A DNA stretch of 64,000 bases, from NCBI GenBank assembly GCA_947478395.1, contig CANJVR010000002.1:384001-448000 (forward strand), given 5' to 3'. Numbering within the stretch: the stretch's first letter is position 1; every line of letters starts with the position of its first letter. Source of the DNA: Opitutia bacterium. GTDB taxonomy: Bacteria > Verrucomicrobiota > Verrucomicrobiia > Opitutales > Opitutaceae. The notes under the pieces are model-generated. The model ran no database searches, was not told where the DNA came from, and worked only from the letters and a program-made list of their open reading frames with translations. A program made the position numbers and the translations under genes. Of this stretch, positions 1-8,663 are shown in pieces.

Positions 1-92
1 TAATTCTCCACGTTGTAAGTGGCGATGCTGAGCGTTTCCGCTCCGGCGATCGATGCCGCGCACAGAAACAGTCCGAGCCATTTTTTAACCAC
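1..92 (-). CDS. Endonuclease/exonuclease/phosphatase (EEP) family protein, 5' part only (runs off window start)
   Basis: Manual translation: GTG(92)-VKKWLGLFLCAASIAGA-ETLSIATYNVEN; signal peptide followed by the EEP N-terminal (S/T)YNVxN motif. Alternative GTG at 101. Confidence 0.7.
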   Translation of the reverse strand, partial: MVKKWLGLFLCAASIAGAETLSIATYNVEN

Positions 93-114
93 GGATGCCA
101 CGGATTGAACGGAT
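84..114. repeat. 9-nt periodic ACGGAT repeat (single arm of the 11460-11523 palindrome family)
   Basis: TTTAACCACGGATGCCACGGATTGAACGGAT; near identical to arms at 11460-11481 and 11502-11523. Confidence 0.7.
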
Positions 115-131
115 AAATCGCAGCGAGATTT

Positions 132-1376
132 TCAGCCGCCCACCAGCGCGCGCTCGCGCTCGACCAGCGTCGGGTGCGAATAATAAAACGCACTGAACCA
201 GGGGTGTGGCGTGAGATTGCTCAGGTTTTTCTGCGCAAGCTTGCGGAGTGCGCCCAACATCGCGGCGGGGCCGCCCATGGCGTTGCGCGCGAAAGCATCC
301 GCCTCGTACTCATGTTTGCGGGAAAGGCGGTTGCTCACGGGTGAGAACCAAAACGTCACCAGCCCGCTGAGCAGGCCAAACAGCAAAAACGCCGGCGCCA
401 GTTCCCCCGCGGGGAAACCGAACGTCAGATTGAACCATGGACTGCGCGCCAACCACGCGATGAGCGCGAAGCCGCCGAGCAGCGTCGCGGCCGACAACGC
501 GATCATCTTCGGAATGTGGCCGCAGCGGTAGTGTCCGATTTCGTGCGCCAGCACCGCCTCGAGTTCCTCCGGTGTGAGCTGCGCGATCAAGGTGTCGTAC
601 AAAACGATGCGCCGAAACTGGCCAAAGCCCGTGAAAAAAGCGTTCGAATGCCCCGAGCGTTTGCTGCCGTCCATGACTTGGATCGTCGCGGCGCGAAATC
701 CGGTCCGATCGCCGAGGGCGAGTAGTCGCGTACGCAGTTCACCCTCGGGCAGCGGGGTGAGTTTGTTGAAAAGCGGCAGGATGAGTTTCGGGTACAGCAC
801 GAGCATGAGAAGCTGAAATCCAAACATCAGACCGAACCCCCACATCCACCACGCCGCCCCGACCCAACGCACCAGCGATAGCAACGCCCACAAAAGAGGA
901 AACCCGATCGCAAGGGTCACGGCGACGCCCTTGATTTTATCCGCGACCCACAGGCCCGGAGTGCTTTTGTTAAAGCCGAACTTCGCTTCGAGGCGAAATT
1001 GCGCCCACCAGTCGAATGGCAGCGACGGCACGCCGAGCAGCAGGCCGACGATCAGGATAAACAGCGCGTCGTCCCACACCGCGCCCGGTGCGCCCCAAGC
1101 CGCGACGTGACCGTAGATCACCGGCAGCACTCCACCGAAAATCGCGAGCGCGCCCACGCACGTGTCAAAGATCTCCGTAACCACAGCAAACCGCGATTTT
1201 TCCAAAGTGTAAGCCACGGACTTCGCGTAGGTCTCGCCATCCATGATGGCCGCTGCGGCCGCGGGAATCGTGAGGGCATGGCGCCTCACCTCCGCCCGGT
1301 TAAGCGCCGAAAGGATGAGTTCGCCCGCCAGTCGCAGGGCCATCAACGCCGCGGTAATCATCAACACGATATTCAT
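132..1376 (-). CDS. M48 family (Ste24/HtpX-like) membrane zinc metalloprotease
   Basis: HEIGH zinc motif, SNAFFTG, EYEAD, YSHP; several TM segments. Start trimmed to ATG 1376 because the ORF extension overlaps xseB antisense. Confidence 0.92.
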   Translation of the reverse strand: MNIVLMITAALMALRLAGELILSALNRAEVRRHALTIPAAAAAIMDGETYAKSVAYTLEKSRFAVVTEIFDTCVGALAIFGGVLPVIYGHVAAWGAPGAVWDDALFILIVGLLLGVPSLPFDWWAQFRLEAKFGFNKSTPGLWVADKIKGVAVTLAIGFPLLWALLSLVRWVGAAWWMWGFGLMFGFQLLMLVLYPKLILPLFNKLTPLPEGELRTRLLALGDRTGFRAATIQVMDGSKRSGHSNAFFTGFGQFRRIVLYDTLIAQLTPEELEAVLAHEIGHYRCGHIPKMIALSAATLLGGFALIAWLARSPWFNLTFGFPAGELAPAFLLFGLLSGLVTFWFSPVSNRLSRKHEYEADAFARNAMGGPAAMLGALRKLAQKNLSNLTPHPWFSAFYYSHPTLVERERALVGG

Positions 1377-1460
1377 GCGCTCCAACACCACGCGAAACGG
1401 CCGCCGCGGCCAGTCCAAAGATTGATTGAATCCGGCGCCACCCCACCCATCTTGCCACGC

Positions 1461-1703
1461 GTGGAATCCAAGGCAGCCAATCTCTCGTTCGAAGCCGCGC
1501 TTACTAATCTCGAATCCATCGTGGAAGCGATGGAGTCGGGCGACGTCCCCCTCGCTGAATTGCTCGCGCAATTTGAGGAAGGAACGAAATTGCTCAAGAT
1601 CTGCGAAGCCCGACTGAAGGCCGCCGAGCTGAAAATCGAGCAACTCAAAAAACAGAAGGACGGTGTCAGCTTCGAAAAATTCGCCACCGAGCGCGAAACC
1701 TAA
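1461..1703 (+). CDS. xseB: Exodeoxyribonuclease VII small subunit
   Basis: SFEAALTNLESIVEAMESGDVPLAELLAQFEEG...LKAAELKIEQL; GTG start; adjacent to dxs. Confidence 0.93.
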   Translation: MESKAANLSFEAALTNLESIVEAMESGDVPLAELLAQFEEGTKLLKICEARLKAAELKIEQLKKQKDGVSFEKFATERET

Positions 1704-1753
1704 CGCGGCCCGGATTCGGCCGACCCACCTTTATTCTTGATCTAATTTAACTC

Positions 1754-3673
1754 ATGCCCGGCACCAAGCTCCTTAAAATCATCCGCGGTCCCGCCGACGT
1801 CAAAGCGCTCGACGCCGCTCAGCTGCCCGAGCTCGCGCAGGAAATACGCGACGAGATTATTGCCGTCACTGCCAAAAATGGCGGCCATGTCGGCCCGAAT
1901 CTCGGCGTGGTGGAACTCACGATCGCGCTCCACCGCGTATTTGATACGCCGACGGATCAGTTCGTCTTCGACGTCGCCCATCAGGGCTACGTGCACAAGC
2001 TGCTCACCGGCCGGCACGGCGATTTTTTCCGCCAGCTCCGCCAAACGAATGGTGCCAGCGGTTTCCTTTATCGCTCCGAGAGCCCGCACGACAGCTTTGG
2101 CGCCGGCCACGCCGGCACCGCGCTGAGCGCGGCCCTCGGCATGGCGACGGCGCGCGATTTGCGCGGCAGCTCGGAACATGTCGTCGCCGTCTGCGGCGAT
2201 GCGGCCTTTACCTGCGGCGTCACCCTCGAGGCTTTGAACAACATCGTGGGGAGCACCAAGCGCCTCATCGTCGTCCTGAACGACAACGAGTGGTCCATCG
2301 CGAAAAACGTCGGCGCCATTTCCAGCTACCTTAACCGCCTCAGTACGAGTCCGACCTACAACAAGCTCCACCACGACGTGGAGGGTTTCTTCAAGAGTTT
2401 CCCGGCCGGCGAGGAGATGAATCGGATGTACCATAAGTGGAAACGCGAGACGAAGGACTTCTTCGTGGAGTCTTCGCTCTTCGAGAAATTTGGCCTTCGT
2501 TATCTCGGCCCGGTCGACGGCCACGATTTAGACAAGCTCCAGAAAAACCTGGAGTTCGCGAAGCACGCCGACGTGCCCGTGCTCATTCACGTACTCACGA
2601 AAAAAGGCCGGGGCCTCGACGCCGCCATCGCCCATCCGGAAAAATTCCACGGTCTCGGCGCGTTCGATCCTGTGACCGGCAAGAGCGAGCCGGCCGCGGT
2701 TGGCACGCCGCCCACGTACCAAGATGTCTTTGGCCACGCCCTCGTGCGTTTCGCGACCAAAGATGCGAATATCCTCGGCATCACCGGCGCCATGCCAAGC
2801 GGCACTGGGCTGATTCACCTCGCGAACGAACTGCCGAAACAATTCTTCGATGTCGGCATCGCCGAGGAGCACGCCGTTTTGTTCGCCGCCGGACTTGCGA
2901 CCAAAGGATTCCGCCCGGTCTGCGCGATCTATTCCACGTTTCTGCAGCGCGCCTACGACCAGATCATCCATGACGTCGCGCTGCAAAATCTGCCGGTGAC
3001 GTTCTGCATGGATCGCGCCGGCCTCTCGCCGAACGACGGCCCGACGCACCACGGGCTTTTCGATATTTCGTATCTGCGGTGCGTTCCCAATGCGACAGTC
3101 ATGCAGCCGAAGGACGAGGACGAGCTCGTCGACATGTTGCACACGAGCCTGCATTTGCCGGGCCCGGGGTTCATTCGGTATCCGCGCGGCGCCGGCACGG
3201 GCGTGACGATCAAGGACAAACCCGTCGCGCTGCCGATCGGACAGGCGGAAATTTTGCGCGAAGGTTCCAACGTTATGATCTGGGCTCTTGGCCCGATGGT
3301 ACGCGATGCGTTGAAGCTCGCCGAGCGGCTTGAGCGCGAAGAAAATATTTCGGTCGGCGTGGTAAACGCGCGTTTCGTCAAGCCGCTCGACCGCACGCTG
3401 CTCCTCAGCCACGCCGCGCTCATTCCCCTGCTCGTCACGATGGAAGACCACGTGCTTGCCGGAGGTTTCGGGAGTGCAGTGCTCGAGGCGTTGCAGGACG
3501 CGGAATGCCCGACGGCCGTCGAGCGCATCGGCTGGCCGGACAAATTTGTGGAGCACGGCACCAACGGCCAGATCCTCCGCGCCGCGTACGGGTTATCGCC
3601 CGAAGATATTCACCATCGCGTGCTCAACCGCTGGCGTAATCTGCGCGCGGAGCACGCCGCGGCGGGCGTTTAA
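1754..3673 (+). CDS. dxs: 1-deoxy-D-xylulose-5-phosphate synthase
   Basis: GGHVGPNLG, DVAHQGY, GDAA...LNDNEWSI (ThDP site), DVGIAEEHAV, DGPTHHG. Confidence 0.97.
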   Translation: MPGTKLLKIIRGPADVKALDAAQLPELAQEIRDEIIAVTAKNGGHVGPNLGVVELTIALHRVFDTPTDQFVFDVAHQGYVHKLLTGRHGDFFRQLRQTNGASGFLYRSESPHDSFGAGHAGTALSAALGMATARDLRGSSEHVVAVCGDAAFTCGVTLEALNNIVGSTKRLIVVLNDNEWSIAKNVGAISSYLNRLSTSPTYNKLHHDVEGFFKSFPAGEEMNRMYHKWKRETKDFFVESSLFEKFGLRYLGPVDGHDLDKLQKNLEFAKHADVPVLIHVLTKKGRGLDAAIAHPEKFHGLGAFDPVTGKSEPAAVGTPPTYQDVFGHALVRFATKDANILGITGAMPSGTGLIHLANELPKQFFDVGIAEEHAVLFAAGLATKGFRPVCAIYSTFLQRAYDQIIHDVALQNLPVTFCMDRAGLSPNDGPTHHGLFDISYLRCVPNATVMQPKDEDELVDMLHTSLHLPGPGFIRYPRGAGTGVTIKDKPVALPIGQAEILREGSNVMIWALGPMVRDALKLAERLEREENISVGVVNARFVKPLDRTLLLSHAALIPLLVTMEDHVLAGGFGSAVLEALQDAECPTAVERIGWPDKFVEHGTNGQILRAAYGLSPEDIHHRVLNRWRNLRAEHAAAGV

Positions 3674-3806
3674 TTTTCACGCGCGGGGGTTCAATATCCC
3701 GGCGCATCGGCCGTGCGACGATTCCTGTCGAAGCACTGCGGTTGGAAAAATTTAAGTTTCCTTTTTTGAACCGCACCTCTGTCACCGCTTTCCCCCAATC
3801 CCCCTG

Positions 3807-4628
3807 ATGAAATCGCCCGATCGTTTTTTGCGGCATATCCCCTCTCTACGCGGCGTCAGCCTGTCGCTCCTCCTCGTCGGCACGGTCGCTTTGAGCGCGG
3901 CCGAGAGCCCGGTCATAGCCGCGACCGCTCCGGTCGTCGCAGCAGCTGCCGTCGCCCGGCCAAACACCGCGATCATTCCGGTGCCGCAACGTTCCGAGGA
4001 CAAACTTCCCCCCAACGCCATCAGCGGTTTTAACACCCGCCACGAACGCTACGTGGGCCTCGCGAAACAGGGTGAAATCGATCTGCTCTTCCTCGGAGAT
4101 TCCATCACGCAAAACTGGGGCGGCGTCGGCAAAGAAGTCTGGGCACAGTACTACGGGAACATGAAGGCTGCGGCCTTCGGGATCGGCTACGACCGGACCC
4201 AGCATCTGCTGTGGCGCTTGCAGCATGGCGAGGGCGAGGGCTTCAGTCCCAAGGTCGTCGTGATCATGATCGGGACAAATAACATTGGCCTGAATACCCC
4301 GCCCGAGATCGCGGTTGGTATCGGTGCGATCGTACACGAAGTGCGGACGCGGTTTGCGTCCGCAAAAATTCTCCTGCTCGGGATTTTCCCCCGCAACACA
4401 AAGGACTCCAGTGATCGTCATCGCGTCGCGGAAGTGAACCAACTCATCGCCCCGCTCAACGACGGCCAGCACGTTTTCTTCCTCGATCTCGCCGACAAGT
4501 TCATCGGGCCCGACGGCGCTATTCCAGCTGCTCTCATGGCCGACCGCGCGGTCCTTCATCCGACCGCCCAAGGTCATGCGGTTTGGGCCGAAGCGATGAA
4601 AGAATCGTTGGGGGAATTATTGAAATAG
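3807..4628 (+). CDS. Secreted SGNH/GDSL hydrolase (PAF-acetylhydrolase-like)
   Basis: Signal peptide; FLGDSIT, GIGYDRT, MIGTNN, D..LHP blocks. Confidence 0.88.
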   Translation: MKSPDRFLRHIPSLRGVSLSLLLVGTVALSAAESPVIAATAPVVAAAAVARPNTAIIPVPQRSEDKLPPNAISGFNTRHERYVGLAKQGEIDLLFLGDSITQNWGGVGKEVWAQYYGNMKAAAFGIGYDRTQHLLWRLQHGEGEGFSPKVVVIMIGTNNIGLNTPPEIAVGIGAIVHEVRTRFASAKILLLGIFPRNTKDSSDRHRVAEVNQLIAPLNDGQHVFFLDLADKFIGPDGAIPAALMADRAVLHPTAQGHAVWAEAMKESLGELLK

Positions 4629-4979
4629 GTGCGCCGACTCGAAGCCGGCCATGCACGGGCGATTTCTTCGAGCGCGCGCCGATGCTCGGCCGTTTCGCTC
4701 CCTGAAAATCCCCGTCCTCCGTCAATTTGCTCCTTGGTCTGCATAAAAAGATCCGGGTCGTGCTTGCGCTTGGTGTACGCTCGCGCGGTGGCTGGGCCGA
4801 CTTAGCCGCAAGCTGTCCGGTTGGAACCGAGGTTCTGGGTGACGCCACCGTTGTCGCGCCCCGGAATCCAACTTGCGTCGAAAATAATTCTTTTGGCCGG
4901 GGCGCCGTCCCGCGCGGGGTGCATCGGTTTTTTACGTTGCGCCGCGACGCGGGCTGCGACTTTTTCAGCGCTCTAGTTC

Positions 4980-5054
4980 GCGGGCGTAGTATACTGGCTA
5001 TTATGTGTGCTTCCCAAGCATGAGAAGCGGGTTCGATTCCCGCCGCCCGCACCA
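4980..5054 (+). tRNA. tRNA-Gly (anticodon CCC)
   Basis: GCGGGCG acceptor pairing with CGCCCGC, anticodon loop TTCCCAA, GGTTCGATTCC T-arm, encoded CCA. Confidence 0.96.
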
Positions 5055-5169
5055 TTTTTATGACTCATCGGGTCCGGCGTGTGACCGGCGATGAGAGCTC
5101 GGGCAATTGCGCTGGCCGTCGGCCAGCCTAGGCGGCTCCGCCGATCGGGAAAACGGGTTGATTTAAACG

Positions 5170-5188
5170 TTTCATGGATTGCATGAAA
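5170..5188. promoter_or_regulatory. Candidate operator palindrome upstream of amt
   Basis: TTTCATG-N5-CATGAAA perfect 7-bp inverted repeat in an AT-rich patch 32 nt before the ATG. Confidence 0.35.
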
Positions 5189-5220
5189 TCGATGAATGCT
5201 TCTCATGGGGCTCCCTTTTT

Positions 5221-6720
5221 ATGATTCGAGCCCCCTTTTTATCGCCCCGTTTTTTTATCGCCCTCGGCCTTTTTCTCGCCGGCGCCTTTTACGCCGTCGG
5301 GCAGCCTCCGGCCAATGCGGCCGCCCCCAAAGCTACGGTCGAGCAACGCCTGGCGAGTCTTGAGGCGTACATGACCAATGCCGATCCGGCGGCGGCTTTG
5401 AAGGACACGAGCGGCCGGGTACCCGCCGGTCTCACGACCCCGGAAGTGGGAATACCCGGACCAGCCCATAACACCTGGATGATGGTGAGCGCGGCGTTAG
5501 TGCTGTTCATGACGCTACCTGGTCTCGGCTTGTTCTATGGCGGACTCGTGCGAACCAAGAACGTGCTCTCGGTCATGGCCTGGTGCCTTGGCATCGTGAG
5601 CCTGGTCACCGTCCTCTGGTGGGCGGTGGGTTACAGCTTGGTGTTTGGGAAAAGTTTTCAGAGCGCATACCTCGGGGGCTCGGAGTTTTTCTTTTTGCGC
5701 GGGGTGACCTCGGCGCCGAATCCCGACTATTCCTTCTGGGTTTCGCATAATGTCTTTGCGATGTACCAGCTGGCCTTTGCCATCATTACGCCAGCGGTGG
5801 CGATTGGCTCGATCGTCGAGCGCGTGAAGTTCTCGGCCGTGCTGGTGATCGTATCGCTCTGGTTGCTCGTCGTGTATTGTCCGCTGGCTCACATGGTGTG
5901 GGGCAGCAACGGCCTCATGAATGGCGTGTTCAATACCGCGGCCACGATTAAGGCGATCGACTTCGCGGGCGGTATGGTGGTCGAGATGGCCTCGGGCTAC
6001 TCTGCCCTGGTGCTCTGCCTTATCGTTGGGCCGCGTCACGGCCATGGCCGGACGCCGATGCCGCCGCATAGCTTGGTGCTCTGCGTGGTTGGCACCGGGC
6101 TCCTGTGGGTCGGCTGGTATGGGTTTAACGCCGGTTCGGCGATTGCCGCCGATGGCATCGCAGCCAACGCGTTTATGACGACCACTCTGGCGGCGGCGGT
6201 CGCGGCCGGGGCGTGGGCGCTGCTGGAGCGCATCGTGCGGGGCAAGGCAAGTGTACTTGGTTTTTGCTCGGGCGCCGTGGCGGGTCTGGTCGCGATCACA
6301 CCGGCCTGCGGGTTTGTGGATGCGACCGGCTCGCTCGTCGTCGGCGTACTGGGCGGGGCGGTTTCGTACATCGCCTGCACCAAGATTAAGTCCATGTTCC
6401 GCTACGACGACGCGCTCGACGTCTTCGGAGTGCATGGGGTCGGCGGTACGGTCGGTCTTTTGCTCACGGGTTTGTTTGCCACCCCCGCAGTGAATGCAAA
6501 TTTGAAGATCAATCTTGGCGGAGTCGTCGGCCAGTCCCTTTGGTTCGAGCAACTGAAAGGCATCGGGCTGACGCTGATCTGGGCGGTGTGCGGGACCTTG
6601 CTGGTTACCGGGGTGGTGAAGGCGTTGATGGAACTTCGGCCGACCCTCGAAGAGGAACAAAAAGGTTTGGATATCTCAGACCACGGCGAGGAAGGCTATA
6701 TCTTCGAGCCCAAGTCCTGA
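5221..6720 (+). CDS. amtB: Ammonium transporter (Amt family)
   Basis: LFYGGLVR, HMVWG, DFAGG, WYGFNAGS, GLVAITP, DDALDVFGVHG, GLDISDHGE; N-terminal signal peptide. Confidence 0.96.
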   Translation: MIRAPFLSPRFFIALGLFLAGAFYAVGQPPANAAAPKATVEQRLASLEAYMTNADPAAALKDTSGRVPAGLTTPEVGIPGPAHNTWMMVSAALVLFMTLPGLGLFYGGLVRTKNVLSVMAWCLGIVSLVTVLWWAVGYSLVFGKSFQSAYLGGSEFFFLRGVTSAPNPDYSFWVSHNVFAMYQLAFAIITPAVAIGSIVERVKFSAVLVIVSLWLLVVYCPLAHMVWGSNGLMNGVFNTAATIKAIDFAGGMVVEMASGYSALVLCLIVGPRHGHGRTPMPPHSLVLCVVGTGLLWVGWYGFNAGSAIAADGIAANAFMTTTLAAAVAAGAWALLERIVRGKASVLGFCSGAVAGLVAITPACGFVDATGSLVVGVLGGAVSYIACTKIKSMFRYDDALDVFGVHGVGGTVGLLLTGLFATPAVNANLKINLGGVVGQSLWFEQLKGIGLTLIWAVCGTLLVTGVVKALMELRPTLEEEQKGLDISDHGEEGYIFEPKS

Positions 6721-6887
6721 TGTTGTTCAAAAAATAACCTTGGACCCGAAATGATATTCGGGCGCTGATTCGGGTCGCAGCCCGAACGTGTTCCCCGAGG
6801 TTTCTCGCTCTCGGGACTTGGCTCAACGCGCGTGTTCGTCCGAGCGGTTGGACAGACTTTCGCGGGGGAAGAAACGGCACCTTTGTT

Positions 6888-6935
6888 GGAGCCGGTCTCG
6901 GCTGACACCGGGCCTGGCTCAACGATCCCGGCTAC
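6888..6935. repeat. REP-like palindrome
   Basis: GGAGCCGG...CCGGCTAC inverted ends, resembling other GTAG...CTAC elements in the window. Confidence 0.45.
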
Positions 6936-7293
6936 AGAGCCCTGACTTTTCTTCGCATCACGGAAGCTATGTTTGTACTCGCGGTGCTGCCCCGGGGAGC
7001 GACTCGGCACAAGTGATCGGGCCTGATGGCGGTTCCCGAGTAGCAGCCGTGGCGCCGCGCCTTCAGCCCGTGAGCGTTCAGGGGCAGATCGTTCGCGAGG
7101 TCACGCGTTGACTTCCGCGGCATTCCTAAACACCCCTTTTTTCGGTCTTCGACTACCCCGCAATCGTGACCCAGCTCGAGCGTTGTACTGTCTGCTCCGC
7201 GGCCCCAAACGCCTTCTCTTCGCCCCTTCCCCCTGTCCTCCCCCACCTGAAATAAAACGGTTTTCGCACCACCCGGGCCCGCGATTCGCACCC

Positions 7294-8637
7294 ATGACCA
7301 CCCTCAAAAAATATCCGAAGGCTCCGTATGTTGCGACCCGGGAGGCGATGGATCGCCGTCATTTTCTGCGATCCGCCGGCGTGGCGCTCTCCCTGCCGTT
7401 TCTCAATTCAATGCTGCGGCCCTTCGCCCGGGCCGCGGAGGCGTCGCCGCTGGGAACGAGCGAAGCGCCTCGTCGTATGTTTGGCATATGTAACAACCTC
7501 GGCCTGCTGCACGAAAACTTTTTCCCCACGGGTGCTGGCCGCGACTACGTGGCCTCGCCTTATCTCAAATTGCTGGATGCGCACCGCAAGGATTTCACGG
7601 TTTTTACCGGTGTGTCTCACCCCAATGTCGATAGCGGCCACCCGGCGGACGTTTGCTTTTTAACCGCGGCGCCTCATCCGGGCGGTGGCGGATTCCGCAA
7701 CACCATCTCGCTCGATCAATTGATCGCCGAGCGAGTCGGGACCCTCACGCGCTTTCCCTCGCTGACGCTCGCCGTCAACAGTCGGGCCCGCAGCCTCTCG
7801 TTCACCGGCACCGGAGTCGCCATTCCTCCGCAGGACAAGGCAGCGGAAGTCTACCAACAATTATTTTTCCAAGGGACCGAAGCCCAGATCGCGGCGCAAA
7901 TCACGGAACTGGACAACGGCCGCAGCATCCTCGACGCGGTCGCCGCTCAAGCCCGGGATCTCCAGAAAAATTTGGGGTCCGAGGATCGCGACCGGGTGGA
8001 ACAATATTTCACGAGCGTGCGCGATTTGGAAAACCGCCTTCAAGCTTCGAAGGGCTGGGAGCGAAAACCGCGTCCGGTCGTGAGCGCGCCTGCGCCCGTG
8101 GATCCGCAGACCCCCGCCCAGTACATGGAAAAAGTAAAAGTCATGTACGATCTGGCGATGCTCGCGTTCCAGACCGACTCGACCCGCTCGATCACGTTGA
8201 TGTTGGACAGCGTGTCCACGCCCGTCGTCGAAGGCATCCCCGGAGTCGCCATCACCGACACTTACCACAACTTATCCCACCACGGGAAAGACGAGGACAA
8301 GCTGGGCCAGTTGAAGGCGCTGGATCTCGGCCACATGAAATTGTTGGACCGGTTGTATTCGAATTTCAAAGGCGTGGCGGAAAACGGGGGCAACCTGCTC
8401 GATCGCACGATGGTGCTCTACGGTTCGAATTTCGGCGATGCGAACCAGCACGTGAACGTCAACATGCCGATCGTCTTTGCCGGCGGCGGATTCAAGCACG
8501 GGCAGCACCTCGTGTTCGACAAGGAACGAAACTATCCGCTGCCGAATTTATTTGTTTCGATGCTGCACCGGCTCGGCATGGAGCAAGATCGTTTCGCCTC
8601 ATCGACCGGCAGTATGCGCGGGCTCGATCTGATTTGA
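7294..8637 (+). CDS. DUF1552 domain protein with twin-arginine signal
   Basis: DRRHFLRSAGVALSLPFL (Tat-like), NTISLDQ, LAFQTDSTR, YHNLSHH, LLDRTMVLYGS. Start may be 7348. Confidence 0.88.
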   Translation: MTTLKKYPKAPYVATREAMDRRHFLRSAGVALSLPFLNSMLRPFARAAEASPLGTSEAPRRMFGICNNLGLLHENFFPTGAGRDYVASPYLKLLDAHRKDFTVFTGVSHPNVDSGHPADVCFLTAAPHPGGGGFRNTISLDQLIAERVGTLTRFPSLTLAVNSRARSLSFTGTGVAIPPQDKAAEVYQQLFFQGTEAQIAAQITELDNGRSILDAVAAQARDLQKNLGSEDRDRVEQYFTSVRDLENRLQASKGWERKPRPVVSAPAPVDPQTPAQYMEKVKVMYDLAMLAFQTDSTRSITLMLDSVSTPVVEGIPGVAITDTYHNLSHHGKDEDKLGQLKALDLGHMKLLDRLYSNFKGVAENGGNLLDRTMVLYGSNFGDANQHVNVNMPIVFAGGGFKHGQHLVFDKERNYPLPNLFVSMLHRLGMEQDRFASSTGSMRGLDLI

Positions 8638-8663
8638 AGACCAGCCGCAGCCGAATTTTTTTT

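Noticed and set aside
78..134. Stop-codon read-through fusing M48 protease to the in-frame EEP gene
   Set aside because: The EEP ORF has its own signal peptide; no SECIS-like evidence; in-frame arrangement has a 1-in-3 chance
5111..5127. Sigma54 site upstream of amt (GG-N10-GC)
   Set aside because: Poor -12 element, and the sequence is better explained as hairpin GCTGGCC/GGCCAGC after the tRNA
7653..8663. 337-aa N-terminal extension of the DUF1592 ORF
   Set aside because: Arg-rich alternative frame of the DUF1552 gene; the signal peptide and domain start after 8664
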